Virus record (IMG/VR): IMGVR_UViG_3300033475_000100
Coordinates: 1 to 36,015 of that record
Strand: one strand, 5' to 3'
Source: a virus
Lineage: Duplodnaviria > Caudoviricetes
DNA: 36,015 nt
In this document: positions 9,368 through 18,430 of the stretch, piece after piece
How positions within the stretch are numbered: position 1 is the first letter of the stretch
Layout: every line of letters begins with the position of its first letter
The notes under the pieces: model-generated
What the model was told of the DNA's origin: nothing
The model's input: only the letters and a program-made list of their open reading frames with translations
Databases searched by the model: none
Translations under genes and position numbers: made by a program

Positions 9368-11347
9368 ATGCCCGCTCCCGCCCGGATCGACGTGTTCGCC
9401 CCGATCACGAAGCGGGAGCGCGACCCGAAGACCGGCCACCTGTACGTCTACGGCAAGATGACCGGCCCGGACCTGGACCGCGACCAGCAGGGCATGGATT
9501 CGCTGTGGCTCAAGGCCGCCGTGCCCGAGTGGTTCCAGCGCGGCAACATCCGCGAGCAGCACGACGGTAAGCGCGCCATCGGCAAGGCCCTGCAGCTCGA
9601 GGAGAAGCCGGACGGCTGGTACATCGGCGCGAAGATCGTGGACAAGGCCGCGATCGAGAAGGTCGAGGAGGACGTCCTCACCGGCTTCTCCATCGGCATC
9701 AAGGGCCCGCGCCTGGACATGACCAAGACCGACTATCCGCGCGGCCTGGTCACCGGCGGCCGGATCTGCGAGACCAGCCTCGTAGACGTCCCCTGCCTGC
9801 CCACCGCGACGATCTCAGATCACTGGGAGATCCCGCTCGCGAAGGCCGACGACGCGGGCGAACTCCAGCCGGTAGACGAGCCCGAACTCGTCCGCGTCGA
9901 GGTCGCCGCCACCGCGGAGACCTACGGTCTGCCGGCCGAGCTGTACAACCGGCTCGCGAGCCCGGTCAAGCAGGCGCTGGCCGACCTGGCCGCGGCCGGC
10001 GCCGCCGTCACCGCGATCCCGGAGGACGCCGCGAAGGCCGAGGATCCCGCGACACCGGTCGTGGTCAACGTGACCGTCTCCGGCCAGCTCGTACCTGACA
10101 CCGCGCTGGCTGACGTACTGGCCGACGCGGCCCGTCAGGGCGCTGAGAGCTACCTCGAGCGCGCCGAGGCCGCGGACCTACTCAAGGGCGACTTCACGGC
10201 CGCCCAGCGGCGCAAGATGGCCGCCTCCGGCGAAGCGATGCCCGACGGCAGCTACCCGATCCCCTCGAAGGCCTACCTGCGCAAGGCGATCCGGGCCGTC
10301 GGCCGCGGATCCGGCGACCACAACGCAATCCGCCGGCACATTCTGAAGAGAGCGCGTGCTCTCGGATTGGAGAGCATGGTGCCCGAAAACTGGCAGGCCG
10401 ACGGCAGCGTCAAGGACACGGACGCCGCCAAGGCGCTCCTGGCCGACCTCGCCGACCTCGGCTTCACCCCCGAGGCCGCCCTCGGTAAGGCCGACGACGA
10501 CGGCGCCGGTGCGCCGCCCGCGCAGGACGTCGAGGACGCCAAGTCCGCAATCTCGATCATCGCGAAGCTGATCGTGTCCGAGGCGCAGTCCCTCGCGGTC
10601 GGCAACCTCAACGAGGCGTGCGACATCTCCCTGCTGCTGCAGGCCACCAATGCCCTGAAGTGGTTCATCAACGCCGAGCAGCGCGAGCCGGTCGACGCCG
10701 ACGGCATGGACATCAGCCTCGCCGAGGAACCTGACCTGGCCAAGGCCGGGAAGGCGAAGAACGGCGGCAAGCTCGCGCCGCCGTTCAAGAAGAAGGGCGC
10801 CCCGGCCGACCAGGACGAGGACGAAGACGGCGGCGAGGACGGCGACGCCGCGGACCGCGACGACGAGGACGCGGGCAAGAAGCCCGCGGCCAAGAAGACC
10901 GACGACGGCGCGCTGCTGACCAAGGCCGAGGCGGCCGAGGCCATCAAGGCGGCCGTCGCCGAAGCGCTCGCCGCCACGCCGGCCGAGCCCGAGACTTCTC
11001 CGGCCGATGAGCCGGAGGGAGTGACCAAGGCGGAACTCGCCGAGATGATCAAGACCGCGGTGGCAGAGGCGCGGACGGTCGACGAGGAGCGCATCGAAAC
11101 GCTCACGGCCGACCTCGCGAAGGCCCAGGGCGAGATCGAATCGATCAAGGCGCAGCCCGTACCCGGCGGCCCGGTGCTCACCCGCACCTCCGCCCAGCAG
11201 GCAGCGGCAACCAAGTCCGACGCCGCCGACCTGCGCGCCCAGGCGGCAGAGCTCCTCGAGAAGGCGGAGAAGTTCTCCGGCAACAAGGACCTCGCCCAGG
11301 GCTACCGCGACCGCGCCAAGGCGCTGCTCGCCAAGGCCGCGGCCTAG
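9368..11347 (+). CDS. Prohead maturation protease fused to a scaffold-like region
   Basis: GAGGAG RBS. HK97-type protease motifs DRDQQ, NIREQH, LTGFSIG and ETSLVDVP; internal MPDGSYPI-x-RARALG domain; acidic, coiled-coil C-terminus. Confidence 0.85.
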   Translation: MPAPARIDVFAPITKRERDPKTGHLYVYGKMTGPDLDRDQQGMDSLWLKAAVPEWFQRGNIREQHDGKRAIGKALQLEEKPDGWYIGAKIVDKAAIEKVEEDVLTGFSIGIKGPRLDMTKTDYPRGLVTGGRICETSLVDVPCLPTATISDHWEIPLAKADDAGELQPVDEPELVRVEVAATAETYGLPAELYNRLASPVKQALADLAAAGAAVTAIPEDAAKAEDPATPVVVNVTVSGQLVPDTALADVLADAARQGAESYLERAEAADLLKGDFTAAQRRKMAASGEAMPDGSYPIPSKAYLRKAIRAVGRGSGDHNAIRRHILKRARALGLESMVPENWQADGSVKDTDAAKALLADLADLGFTPEAALGKADDDGAGAPPAQDVEDAKSAISIIAKLIVSEAQSLAVGNLNEACDISLLLQATNALKWFINAEQREPVDADGMDISLAEEPDLAKAGKAKNGGKLAPPFKKKGAPADQDEDEDGGEDGDAADRDDEDAGKKPAAKKTDDGALLTKAEAAEAIKAAVAEALAATPAEPETSPADEPEGVTKAELAEMIKTAVAEARTVDEERIETLTADLAKAQGEIESIKAQPVPGGPVLTRTSAQQAAATKSDAADLRAQAAELLEKAEKFSGNKDLAQGYRDRAKALLAKAAA

Positions 11348-11377
11348 CGCCATCGCACCACCCCCCACGATCGTCTC

Positions 11378-11400
11378 GCCCCGCCAGCGCGCGGGGCTTT
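11378..11400 (+). terminator. Hairpin plus short T tract upstream of the capsid gene
   Basis: GCCCCGC-N6-GCGGGGC followed by TTT. Confidence 0.45.
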
Positions 11401-11420
11401 CGCATGGAAGGAGCAGGGCC

Positions 11421-13166
11421 GTGGCTCTGCCCGGAAACCTCGAGCTCCTCTTCGGCGAAGCGCCGGAGATGCCGAAGCTCAGCAAGGCCGAGGTCAGCGA
11501 GCGCTTCGACGAGCTGACCAAGTCCCTCAGCGCGATGCCCGAGCGGGAGCTGACCCGCGAGGAGATCGTCACCAGCTTCAAGGCCGGACAGCCGATCGAC
11601 TTCAGCGACAAGCCCGCCAGCGTCTACGACGTCCTCACCAGGGCCCTGAGCTCGCCGGACATCGTCAAGTCGATGAGCGCCGACTCGCTCGCCTCGATCG
11701 TGGATGCGCTGGACGGCCTCAAGTCGCAGACCCCGGACATGGTCAAGGACATCTCCCTGACCAACCCCGTCGGGACCGGCCTGGTGGCGTTCGACCTCGA
11801 GGGGCCGGCGAAGGTGCTCGCGCCGCGCCCGACGCCGCTGCGCAACCGCACCCCGCGGATCAAGGGCATCGGCACCAGCCACCGGTTCAAGGTCATCAGC
11901 GGGTTCACCGGTTCCGGCACCGGCGGCGTGGCGAACATCCACCCCGGCATCGTCGACTCCACGCAGAACAACTTCGCCCCGTCGGGCGCGAGCAACAGCC
12001 TCTACTACGCGCGCGGCCCGAAGATCTCCTACGCGGGCTACGACGTCGTGCTGCCGTTCTCGCAGTTCTCGATGTCCGATGAGGTCACCTGGTCCGCGCA
12101 GTATGCCGGCCAGGGCTACCAGGACATCCGGCAGCTGTCCCGCTCCAGCCTGCTCTACGCCTCCATGCTGATGGAGGAGCGGATGATGCTGATGGGCCGG
12201 GGCACCGCCTCCGGCTACGCCGGCGCGCTCGCCGCCCCCACGGGTGTGTCGCTGGTGGACAACACCCTCGGCTCCGGCCAGGCGGCCCTGACGGGCTACA
12301 CCACGAACATCTACGCGTACGTCACCTCCGACGCGGGCGCGTTCGGCGAGTCCGTCGTCTCCTCGGTCGCGACCATCGCACCGACCGCCGGCCACAACGT
12401 CGTGCTCAGGCTGACCGACGTGCCGCAGGCGCTCGGCTACAAGGTGTACATCGGCACCGGCGCGTCCCAGCCTGCGAACAGCGCCTTCTTCCTCTACGGC
12501 CGGTTCCCGAACCAGGCCGCGAACTCCGGCGGTGCCGCCGGCGTCGGCATCGTGCTCCAGGGCGCGATCCCGACCACGGGCGCGACCCCGCCCACCGCGG
12601 ACACCTCCGCCTACGCGGCCGGCTACGACGGCATCCTGCCGTGGGTCATGGGCCCGCAGTCCGGGTACACCGCGAAGCTGAACTCGACGTTCGACACCTC
12701 GGCGCCGGGCTCCGAGTTCCAGACCGCGTTCGCGGCGCTGTACAACGCGGTCAAGGCGGACCCGGACCGGATCCTGTTCAACGGCACGGACCGCAAGCAG
12801 CTCTCGGACACGCTCAAGACCGGCAGCTCGAACGACTACTTCCTCCAGATCACGCAGGACCAGATCTCGGGCGTCGCGCTCGGCTCCGTCGCCGTCGCGA
12901 TCATGAACGAGGTCACCGGCAAGCGCGTCGAGATGGAAGTGCACCCCTGGATGCCGCAGGGCGTGTGCCCGATCCTGTCGGACACCCTGCCGATCCCCGA
13001 CACCCAGGTCTCCAACGTCTGGTCGATGTGCGACGTTCAGGGCCTGATGGGCATCGACTGGCCTGTCACGCAGTTCGCGTACGAGTCCAGCTCCTACTGG
13101 TTCGGCAACATGCTCTGCTACGCCCCCGCCTGGAACGGCTGCGTCAGCGGCGTGACCGCCAAGTAA
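11421..13166 (+). CDS. Major capsid protein with an N-terminal propeptide-like region and an Fn3-like insertion
   Basis: Position after the protease, strong GAAGGAG RBS and very biased codons. Capsid-like segments LAPRPTPLRNRTPR, MEERMMLMG and EVHPWMPQG. Confidence 0.82.
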   Translation: MALPGNLELLFGEAPEMPKLSKAEVSERFDELTKSLSAMPERELTREEIVTSFKAGQPIDFSDKPASVYDVLTRALSSPDIVKSMSADSLASIVDALDGLKSQTPDMVKDISLTNPVGTGLVAFDLEGPAKVLAPRPTPLRNRTPRIKGIGTSHRFKVISGFTGSGTGGVANIHPGIVDSTQNNFAPSGASNSLYYARGPKISYAGYDVVLPFSQFSMSDEVTWSAQYAGQGYQDIRQLSRSSLLYASMLMEERMMLMGRGTASGYAGALAAPTGVSLVDNTLGSGQAALTGYTTNIYAYVTSDAGAFGESVVSSVATIAPTAGHNVVLRLTDVPQALGYKVYIGTGASQPANSAFFLYGRFPNQAANSGGAAGVGIVLQGAIPTTGATPPTADTSAYAAGYDGILPWVMGPQSGYTAKLNSTFDTSAPGSEFQTAFAALYNAVKADPDRILFNGTDRKQLSDTLKTGSSNDYFLQITQDQISGVALGSVAVAIMNEVTGKRVEMEVHPWMPQGVCPILSDTLPIPDTQVSNVWSMCDVQGLMGIDWPVTQFAYESSSYWFGNMLCYAPAWNGCVSGVTAK

Positions 13167-13176
13167 TTTCACGCCT

Positions 13177-13211
13177 GCTGCTGGCCCGGCCGAACTGGCC
13201 GGGCCAGCAGC
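13177..13211 (+). terminator. Perfect 15-bp inverted repeat after the capsid gene
   Basis: GCTGCTGGCCCGGCC-GAACT-GGCCGGGCCAGCAGC. Long stem without a U tract, as is common in streptomycete terminators. Confidence 0.7.
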
Positions 13212-13231
13212 GCGAAGGAAGGGGAACACGG

Positions 13232-13501
13232 ATGCGCCTTGCCGCACCCGATGGCGCCGTGGCCGGCATGGAGGTCCGCGGCGCCCAGACCGGGCACGTC
13301 ACCCGGTACACCGGCCGGATCGTGGACGTGGACAACCCGTCACACGCGAAGGCTCTGATGTCGCAGGGCGCGTTCCCGGTGAGCCTGTCGGGCCGCACCC
13401 GCGCGGACATCGGCTACCGGTGCCCCGCATGCGGGCACGGTTCGTTCTTCCGCCGCTGCGGCAAGTGCGGCGAGACCTGTGAGAGGGAGACCGAGGTCTG
13501 A
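13232..13501 (+). CDS. Small protein with a C-terminal zinc ribbon
   Basis: AAGGAAGGGG RBS then ATG 13232 (MRLAAPDG...); CPACG-x-CGKCG; TGATG coupling to the next gene. Confidence 0.7.
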   Translation: MRLAAPDGAVAGMEVRGAQTGHVTRYTGRIVDVDNPSHAKALMSQGAFPVSLSGRTRADIGYRCPACGHGSFFRRCGKCGETCERETEV

Positions 13502-13887
13502 TGCCTCCGCGTACCCGCAAGACCGCCGCGTCGGCGACGCCGCCCGAGGACAAGACGACCGAGAACACCGAGCCGGCCGAGACGTCCCCGGCCGAGCCCG
13601 AGACCGCCACAGCGGCGGACACCACCGAGGCCCCCACCGAGCCCGAGACGGCCGACACCAGCACCGCCCAGGCCACCGGAGACACAGCGGCCACCGACGA
13701 GCAGCCCGCGCCCGACACGGACGCCGAGACCGCCCCCACAGTGCCCGCGTTCCACTGGGAGTCGGTCAAGAACGACGGCACCCCGCCCTGCCACCTGTGC
13801 GTGCCGGGCGGCCCGCCCGCGAACGTCGGCACGTTCGGCTGCTCGCACGGCCAGTGGGTGCGCGTGACCGACACCCCGGCCGCCTGA
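13501..13887 (+). CDS. Acidic T/E/A/P-rich protein with a C-terminal CHLC...CSH motif
   Basis: Translationally coupled ORF with high GC3; low-complexity N-terminus. Confidence 0.65.
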   Translation: MPPRTRKTAASATPPEDKTTENTEPAETSPAEPETATAADTTEAPTEPETADTSTAQATGDTAATDEQPAPDTDAETAPTVPAFHWESVKNDGTPPCHLCVPGGPPANVGTFGCSHGQWVRVTDTPAA

Positions 13888-13940
13888 CCCCCGCACACAC
13901 AGCTCCCTGCCGTCCGACCGACCAGACCCGGGGGTGATGC

Positions 13941-14825
13941 GTGCCCATCACTCCGTACGTGTCCGCGGCCGCGTTCCAGGCACACCCGACCTACCTCGAC
14001 CTCGACGACCTGCGCTACAACGACCCGTCCGCAGCAGACCAGACGGCGCAGCTGACGGACCTGCTACTGATGTCCTCCGCGTGGGCCGACGGGCACTGCG
14101 AGCAGCCGCTGGCCGCGCACCAGGTGGTCCAGACACGCCGCGAGCGCATGCGCCAGGACGGCACCGTGCGCATCCACGCCGACAACAACCCGGTCCAGGC
14201 GGTCTCCTCGTTCGCCTACGGCTTCACACCCACCGCGCTGACGACGCTCACCAACCCGTCGGTGTGGATCGAGGACGAGCGCAACCTCATCGTCACAGTC
14301 GGCGCGGCCAGCCCGTGGACCGGCTCGCTGCAGTTCGGCACAGCGGGCGCCGGGCGGCTGGTCTACACGCAGACCGTGTACACCGCCGGATTCGTCGCCA
14401 CCGTGCTCGCCGCATCGGCGAGCGCCGGCGCGACCGAGATCCAGGTGACCGACCCGACCTGTATCGCGGCCGGCGGAACCTACCGGATCTGGGAGCCCGG
14501 GTTCGAGGAGTCCGTCACCGTCTCCAGCCTCTACACCCCGCCCGCGGTCACCGCCCCTCTGACACCGACCACGGTGCCGCTCGCGGCGCCCACCACCAAG
14601 GCGCACACGGCCGGGCACGACTTCTCCAACATGGAGGCCGACACACGCCTCGCCGTGATCAACTACACGGTCTCGCAACTGATGCGCCCCGACACGGCGG
14701 CCGAGGACGCCTACCCGGACACGAAGCTCAACTCCGGCACCCGGCAGTCCGACCCGCGCAAGGACGCCTCCGGGCTAGTCGCCGAAGCCGAACGGCTGCT
14801 GAACCGGTTCAAGCGTGTCCGCTGA
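13941..14825 (+). CDS. Head-to-tail adaptor with an inserted beta domain
   Basis: Starts PYVSAAAF, has LLMSSAWADGHC, YTAG and ends AERLLNRFKRV, which are adaptor-like; synteny agrees. Confidence 0.7.
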   Translation: MPITPYVSAAAFQAHPTYLDLDDLRYNDPSAADQTAQLTDLLLMSSAWADGHCEQPLAAHQVVQTRRERMRQDGTVRIHADNNPVQAVSSFAYGFTPTALTTLTNPSVWIEDERNLIVTVGAASPWTGSLQFGTAGAGRLVYTQTVYTAGFVATVLAASASAGATEIQVTDPTCIAAGGTYRIWEPGFEESVTVSSLYTPPAVTAPLTPTTVPLAAPTTKAHTAGHDFSNMEADTRLAVINYTVSQLMRPDTAAEDAYPDTKLNSGTRQSDPRKDASGLVAEAERLLNRFKRVR

Positions 14826-14849
14826 CCGCGCCGATCGGGGGCGAGGCCG

Positions 14850-15386
14850 GTGACGATCCAGACGGCGCTCGACGGGATCTGCCGGTACTACGGCGGTCCC
14901 TACGATCCGGAGACCCGCACCTACCGTTCCTCACCGGTGCCGGGTGTCGGCGTGGTCGGGCGCACCTGGCCCAAGCGGGATGACCACGCCGACTTCTTCG
15001 CCAACATGCCGCCCGGCACGCGCACCGGCACCCGCATCGTGGTGTACATCCCGCGGCAGCAGGAGTTTCGCGAAGCGTTCGGCGGCGCCACCGGCGGCAT
15101 GAAGCGGGTGCTCTACAGCGTGCAGCTGTGCTGCTATCTGCGCTCGCACACCCCGCACGCGGAAGAGGCGCAGGACGACATGTACGCGCTACGCGACGCC
15201 CTGGCCAGCTACACGCGCCTGGACCGCACTCTCGGCGGCGCCGTGTTCCAGGCCGGCGAGGCGATCGAGGGCATGGGCGCCGCCGCCGCGATCGCGTTCG
15301 AGTACGGGCAGCCGGAGACCCGCGCTGAGGTCACCAAGGGCTTCTTGCTGATGACGTTCGGGGCCGTCGAGTTCATCTTCGCCTGA
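14850..15386 (+). CDS. Putative tail terminator/completion protein
   Basis: LRDAL-x-RLDRTLGGAV motif; position before the tail tube gene. Confidence 0.6.
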   Translation: MTIQTALDGICRYYGGPYDPETRTYRSSPVPGVGVVGRTWPKRDDHADFFANMPPGTRTGTRIVVYIPRQQEFREAFGGATGGMKRVLYSVQLCCYLRSHTPHAEEAQDDMYALRDALASYTRLDRTLGGAVFQAGEAIEGMGAAAAIAFEYGQPETRAEVTKGFLLMTFGAVEFIFA

Positions 15387-15448
15387 CCCGCAGGCCGATC
15401 CCTTCCTCCCCCCTTTTTTCCGCATCGTTTCCGATTGGAGCGAGGCCG

Positions 15449-15832
15449 ATGGCCCCTGCGCGCGCGGCGTCCGCGACGCCCAAGAGCACAGATACGACCG
15501 CAACCGACCAGGACGCGCCCGCTCCCAACGAGGCCCCCGAGGTGGCCGCGACCGCCGAGGAGACCGAGCAGGCCAAGGAGCCGACGCCCTACGAGTACAC
15601 GTGGGGCGATCCCACCCAGTACCCGCACATCCCGCTCACCGCCTACCCGGCCCGGCCGGCGCAGCCGGAGGAGCGCAGTGAGGACGGCACCGTCATCCGG
15701 CCCGCGGTCAACGCTCGCCCGGCGACCGTGTTCGCGTTCGTCGAACCCCCCGACGCCCGGTGGCGCCCCACCGACCTGCCTGCCAACCAGGCCCCTGACA
15801 ATCAGCCGCCGCTCACCGCAAAGGGGGCGTGA
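15449..15832 (+). CDS. Hypothetical protein (P/A/E-rich)
   Basis: GGAGCGAGG RBS and high-GC3 frame; fills the gap before the tail tube gene. Confidence 0.6.
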   Translation: MAPARAASATPKSTDTTATDQDAPAPNEAPEVAATAEETEQAKEPTPYEYTWGDPTQYPHIPLTAYPARPAQPEERSEDGTVIRPAVNARPATVFAFVEPPDARWRPTDLPANQAPDNQPPLTAKGA

Positions 15833-15835
15833 CCC

Positions 15836-17095
15836 ATGACCAACACCCCGGTCACCTGGGCGCCGAGCAAGCAGTTCGTCGGCTGCGCGAACGAAGCCCA
15901 GCAGGGCAACCCCGTCGCGATGACCTTCACGCAGTTGCTCGACAGCTTCAAGCCGAAGGACACCCCGGTCTTCGAGGACGACAAGGCGTGGCGCGGGTCG
16001 ATGGCCACCGACGCGTTCAACGTCATCGCCGGCACGAAGAAGGCGAGTATCAGCCTCGGCGGCCCCGTGTTCGTCGACGGCATGGGCTTCTGGCTGCGCA
16101 ACATCCTCGGCGACCTCGCCGTGACCGGAACCCCCACCGGCACCGGCGCCACGACACTCTCAACGGGCGCCTCGGCTGGAGCAACGAGCATCTCGACCGT
16201 CGCGACGATCCCGGCGGGCACGCTCGTGCAGATCGGCACGGGCGCGACCGCGCAGGTCGTCACCACAGGTACGCCGACCGGTTCCGGGCCTTTCGTGATC
16301 CCGATCTCCGCTCCGACCACGGGTCTCACCTTCGCGCAGACCTCTGGCGCGACCGTCACGCCGGTAACCGGCCCCTACCAGTACGCGTTCTCACTGCTGA
16401 ACACGTTGAACGCGCCGGCGCAGCCGATCAGCCACACGCTCACCCACTACCTGGGCCCGACCGCCGCGTCGGGCGCGCGCCAGTACCCGGGTGCCTGCCT
16501 CTCGGCGCTGTCGTTCGCGGTCAAGCCGGAGAACGCGCTGTTCACGTTCACCGCAGACGCCACCACCTATCCGTCGGTGCCGCTCGGGTCCACACCGACA
16601 CCGAACGCGACAACGGTCAAGCCGATCGCGGCGTGGCAGACGCTGGTGGGTATCGGCGGCCCGGCCTCCGGGGGCACGCTGGTCAACACGACCGGCGACG
16701 CCCAGTTCGACATCAAGCGCGAGCTCGGGGTCTACTACACGGCCCAGGGCCTGCAGGTGCCGTACATCATCCAGCGCGGCGGCCTGACCGTCTCCGGGAA
16801 GATCGATTTCCCTGCGGTGCCAGACGAGTCGGCACTGCTGTACATGCTCAACAACACGCAGCCGAGCCTGCAGTACATCATCAGCAACGGCCTGTCCGGC
16901 ACGAACCTGCTCGCGCTGCAGATCGACATGGCGGTCGCAGCGTTCGAGACCTCAGAACCGGACACCTCGAAGACCGCGGTCGGCTACTCGACAAGCTTCA
17001 AGGGCGTCCTCAACACGACCAACGCGGGTGGCTCCGGCGGCTCGTCCCCCATCAAGGTGACGATCACGTGCAACGTCCCGCCCAACACCTTCTAA
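15836..17095 (+). CDS. Major tail (tube) protein with an inserted beta domain
   Basis: T/G/S-rich 419 aa with FVGCANE-x-GNP at the N-terminus and YPGA-x-LSF; synteny before the chaperone and tape measure. Confidence 0.8.
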   Translation: MTNTPVTWAPSKQFVGCANEAQQGNPVAMTFTQLLDSFKPKDTPVFEDDKAWRGSMATDAFNVIAGTKKASISLGGPVFVDGMGFWLRNILGDLAVTGTPTGTGATTLSTGASAGATSISTVATIPAGTLVQIGTGATAQVVTTGTPTGSGPFVIPISAPTTGLTFAQTSGATVTPVTGPYQYAFSLLNTLNAPAQPISHTLTHYLGPTAASGARQYPGACLSALSFAVKPENALFTFTADATTYPSVPLGSTPTPNATTVKPIAAWQTLVGIGGPASGGTLVNTTGDAQFDIKRELGVYYTAQGLQVPYIIQRGGLTVSGKIDFPAVPDESALLYMLNNTQPSLQYIISNGLSGTNLLALQIDMAVAAFETSEPDTSKTAVGYSTSFKGVLNTTNAGGSGGSSPIKVTITCNVPPNTF

Positions 17096-17105
17096 GGACC
17101 AGTCG

Positions 17106-17810
17106 GTGACCGACCAGACCCTCGAGACCGTCGACACGGGCGAACGCAGCATCACGCTACCGTCCGGCAACACGGTCTCCCTGCGCGAGTGGGGAAGCCT
17201 GACCCGCGGCGACAAGCGCACCGTGCTCGCCGCGGTTCACGGCGCGACGAACAACGCCTCGACCTTGCTCGACATCACCTCCGGGCTCCTGCACCTGCTG
17301 GTGACCGGCTGGACCTACAACCTGCCACTGCCCTCGGTCGCCTCGGGTTCGCTCGACATGCTGCCCTGGGCCGATGACTCGGTGCTGCAGGCCGAGCTCG
17401 CGGGCATGCGCAACGTGCTGTTCCCGGGCGCAACGGAGCAGCCTGAGATCCCGCCGGACGGTGCCACCGTCAACCTCCCGTCCGGCGCGTGGGTGAAGCT
17501 GCGCGACTGGCGGCAGCTCAACCGCGGCGACAAGCGCACCGTGCTCGCGCACATCGACCCCGACATGTTCGGGTTCGACCTGAACACGGGCCTGCTCGCG
17601 CTGCTGATCGACAACTGGTCGTACACGCTGCCGAAGCCGAGCAGCGACCCGGCGACGCTGCTCGCGATCCCGTGGGCGGATGACGCGGTCCTGGCCGCGG
17701 CTCTCACCACGGTCCGCAGGGCTTTGTTCCCGCCGCAGCCGGCCACCGCCGAGCAGCAGCAGGTGCAGGAGCAGGATCCGACCTCCCCTACAACGGGCGC
17801 CGGCGAGTAG
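17106..17810 (+). CDS. Tail assembly chaperone (G-like) made of two tandem homologous domains
   Basis: Both halves contain LPSG-x-V-LR-W-x-L-RGDKRTVLA ... W-Y-LP-PS ... PWADD ... LFP; follows the tail tube gene. Confidence 0.8.
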   Translation: MTDQTLETVDTGERSITLPSGNTVSLREWGSLTRGDKRTVLAAVHGATNNASTLLDITSGLLHLLVTGWTYNLPLPSVASGSLDMLPWADDSVLQAELAGMRNVLFPGATEQPEIPPDGATVNLPSGAWVKLRDWRQLNRGDKRTVLAHIDPDMFGFDLNTGLLALLIDNWSYTLPKPSSDPATLLAIPWADDAVLAAALTTVRRALFPPQPATAEQQQVQEQDPTSPTTGAGE

Positions 17811-18016
17811 CAGCGCTACTCGCGGGCGCCCGGATCGACTATGACGGGCCGCCCACGGTCGAGGAGGAGGCCCTGGCCTACCTGTGGTTCGCCGAGCGGC
17901 ACCACTGGCCCGCCACGGTGGTCGACGAGCAGCCGTGGTGGATCACTGAGCAGTATCAGCGGCTCGCCCCCGTGTGGGATCGGGCCGTAGCGGCGGCGAG
18001 GGAGGCGAGCCGGTGA
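17786..18016 (+). CDS. Frameshifted (T-like) extension of the tail chaperone; not in the ORF track
   Basis: The -1 frame is open 17684-18016 (PYNGRRRVAALLAGARIDY...YLWFAERHHWPATVVDEQPWW...ASR*). It has no in-frame ATG, its stop overlaps the next GTG, and TCC-CCT-ACA sits at 17784-17792. Confidence 0.72.
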   Translation, partial: PYNGRRRVAALLAGARIDYDGPPTVEEEALAYLWFAERHHWPATVVDEQPWWITEQYQRLAPVWDRAVAAAREASR

Positions 18017-18429
18017 GCGTGGAGTATTCGGCGTTCGTAGCCGCCGTCGGGTCGCTGCGCGCCCGCGTGCAGGCCGCGACCGTGGACGGCGTGGAGCAGG
18101 GCGCGGACGTCGTCAAGCGGCAGATCCAGGACAACCTGTCGCGTCGGGAGTATCCGCCCACATCGCCGCCGGGCGAGCCCCCGGCGCTGCGCAGCGGGTT
18201 CCTGCGCGACGAGGTGTACACGTCCACCGCCTCGACGGGCGTCGGTGCGACGGCGGAGATCTGGCCGTCGACCGTGTACGCGCGGATCCACGAGCTGTCC
18301 GGCTGGGCCGGCCGTGACCATCGGTCTTTCCTGCCGCGCCGCCCGTACGTCGAGCCCGCGCTCGAAGAGTCGGCCGACCGCTTCGACCAGATCATGACCC
18401 AGGCGTGGTCCGAAGCGATCGGGGGCTAG
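18013..18429 (+). CDS. HK97 gp10-like neck/tail-completion protein
   Basis: SPPGEPPALRSGFLR, YARIHELSG and LPRRPYVEPA motifs; GTG at 18013 after GGAGG. Confidence 0.8.
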   Translation: MSVEYSAFVAAVGSLRARVQAATVDGVEQGADVVKRQIQDNLSRREYPPTSPPGEPPALRSGFLRDEVYTSTASTGVGATAEIWPSTVYARIHELSGWAGRDHRSFLPRRPYVEPALEESADRFDQIMTQAWSEAIGG

Positions 18430-18430
18430 C

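Noticed and set aside
11178-13247. Long antisense ORFs (689 aa here; also 6426-7790, 10178-11611, 29219-30943, 31117-32517)
   Set aside because: These are shadow frames of high-GC3 genes on the opposite strand, with no recognisable motifs.
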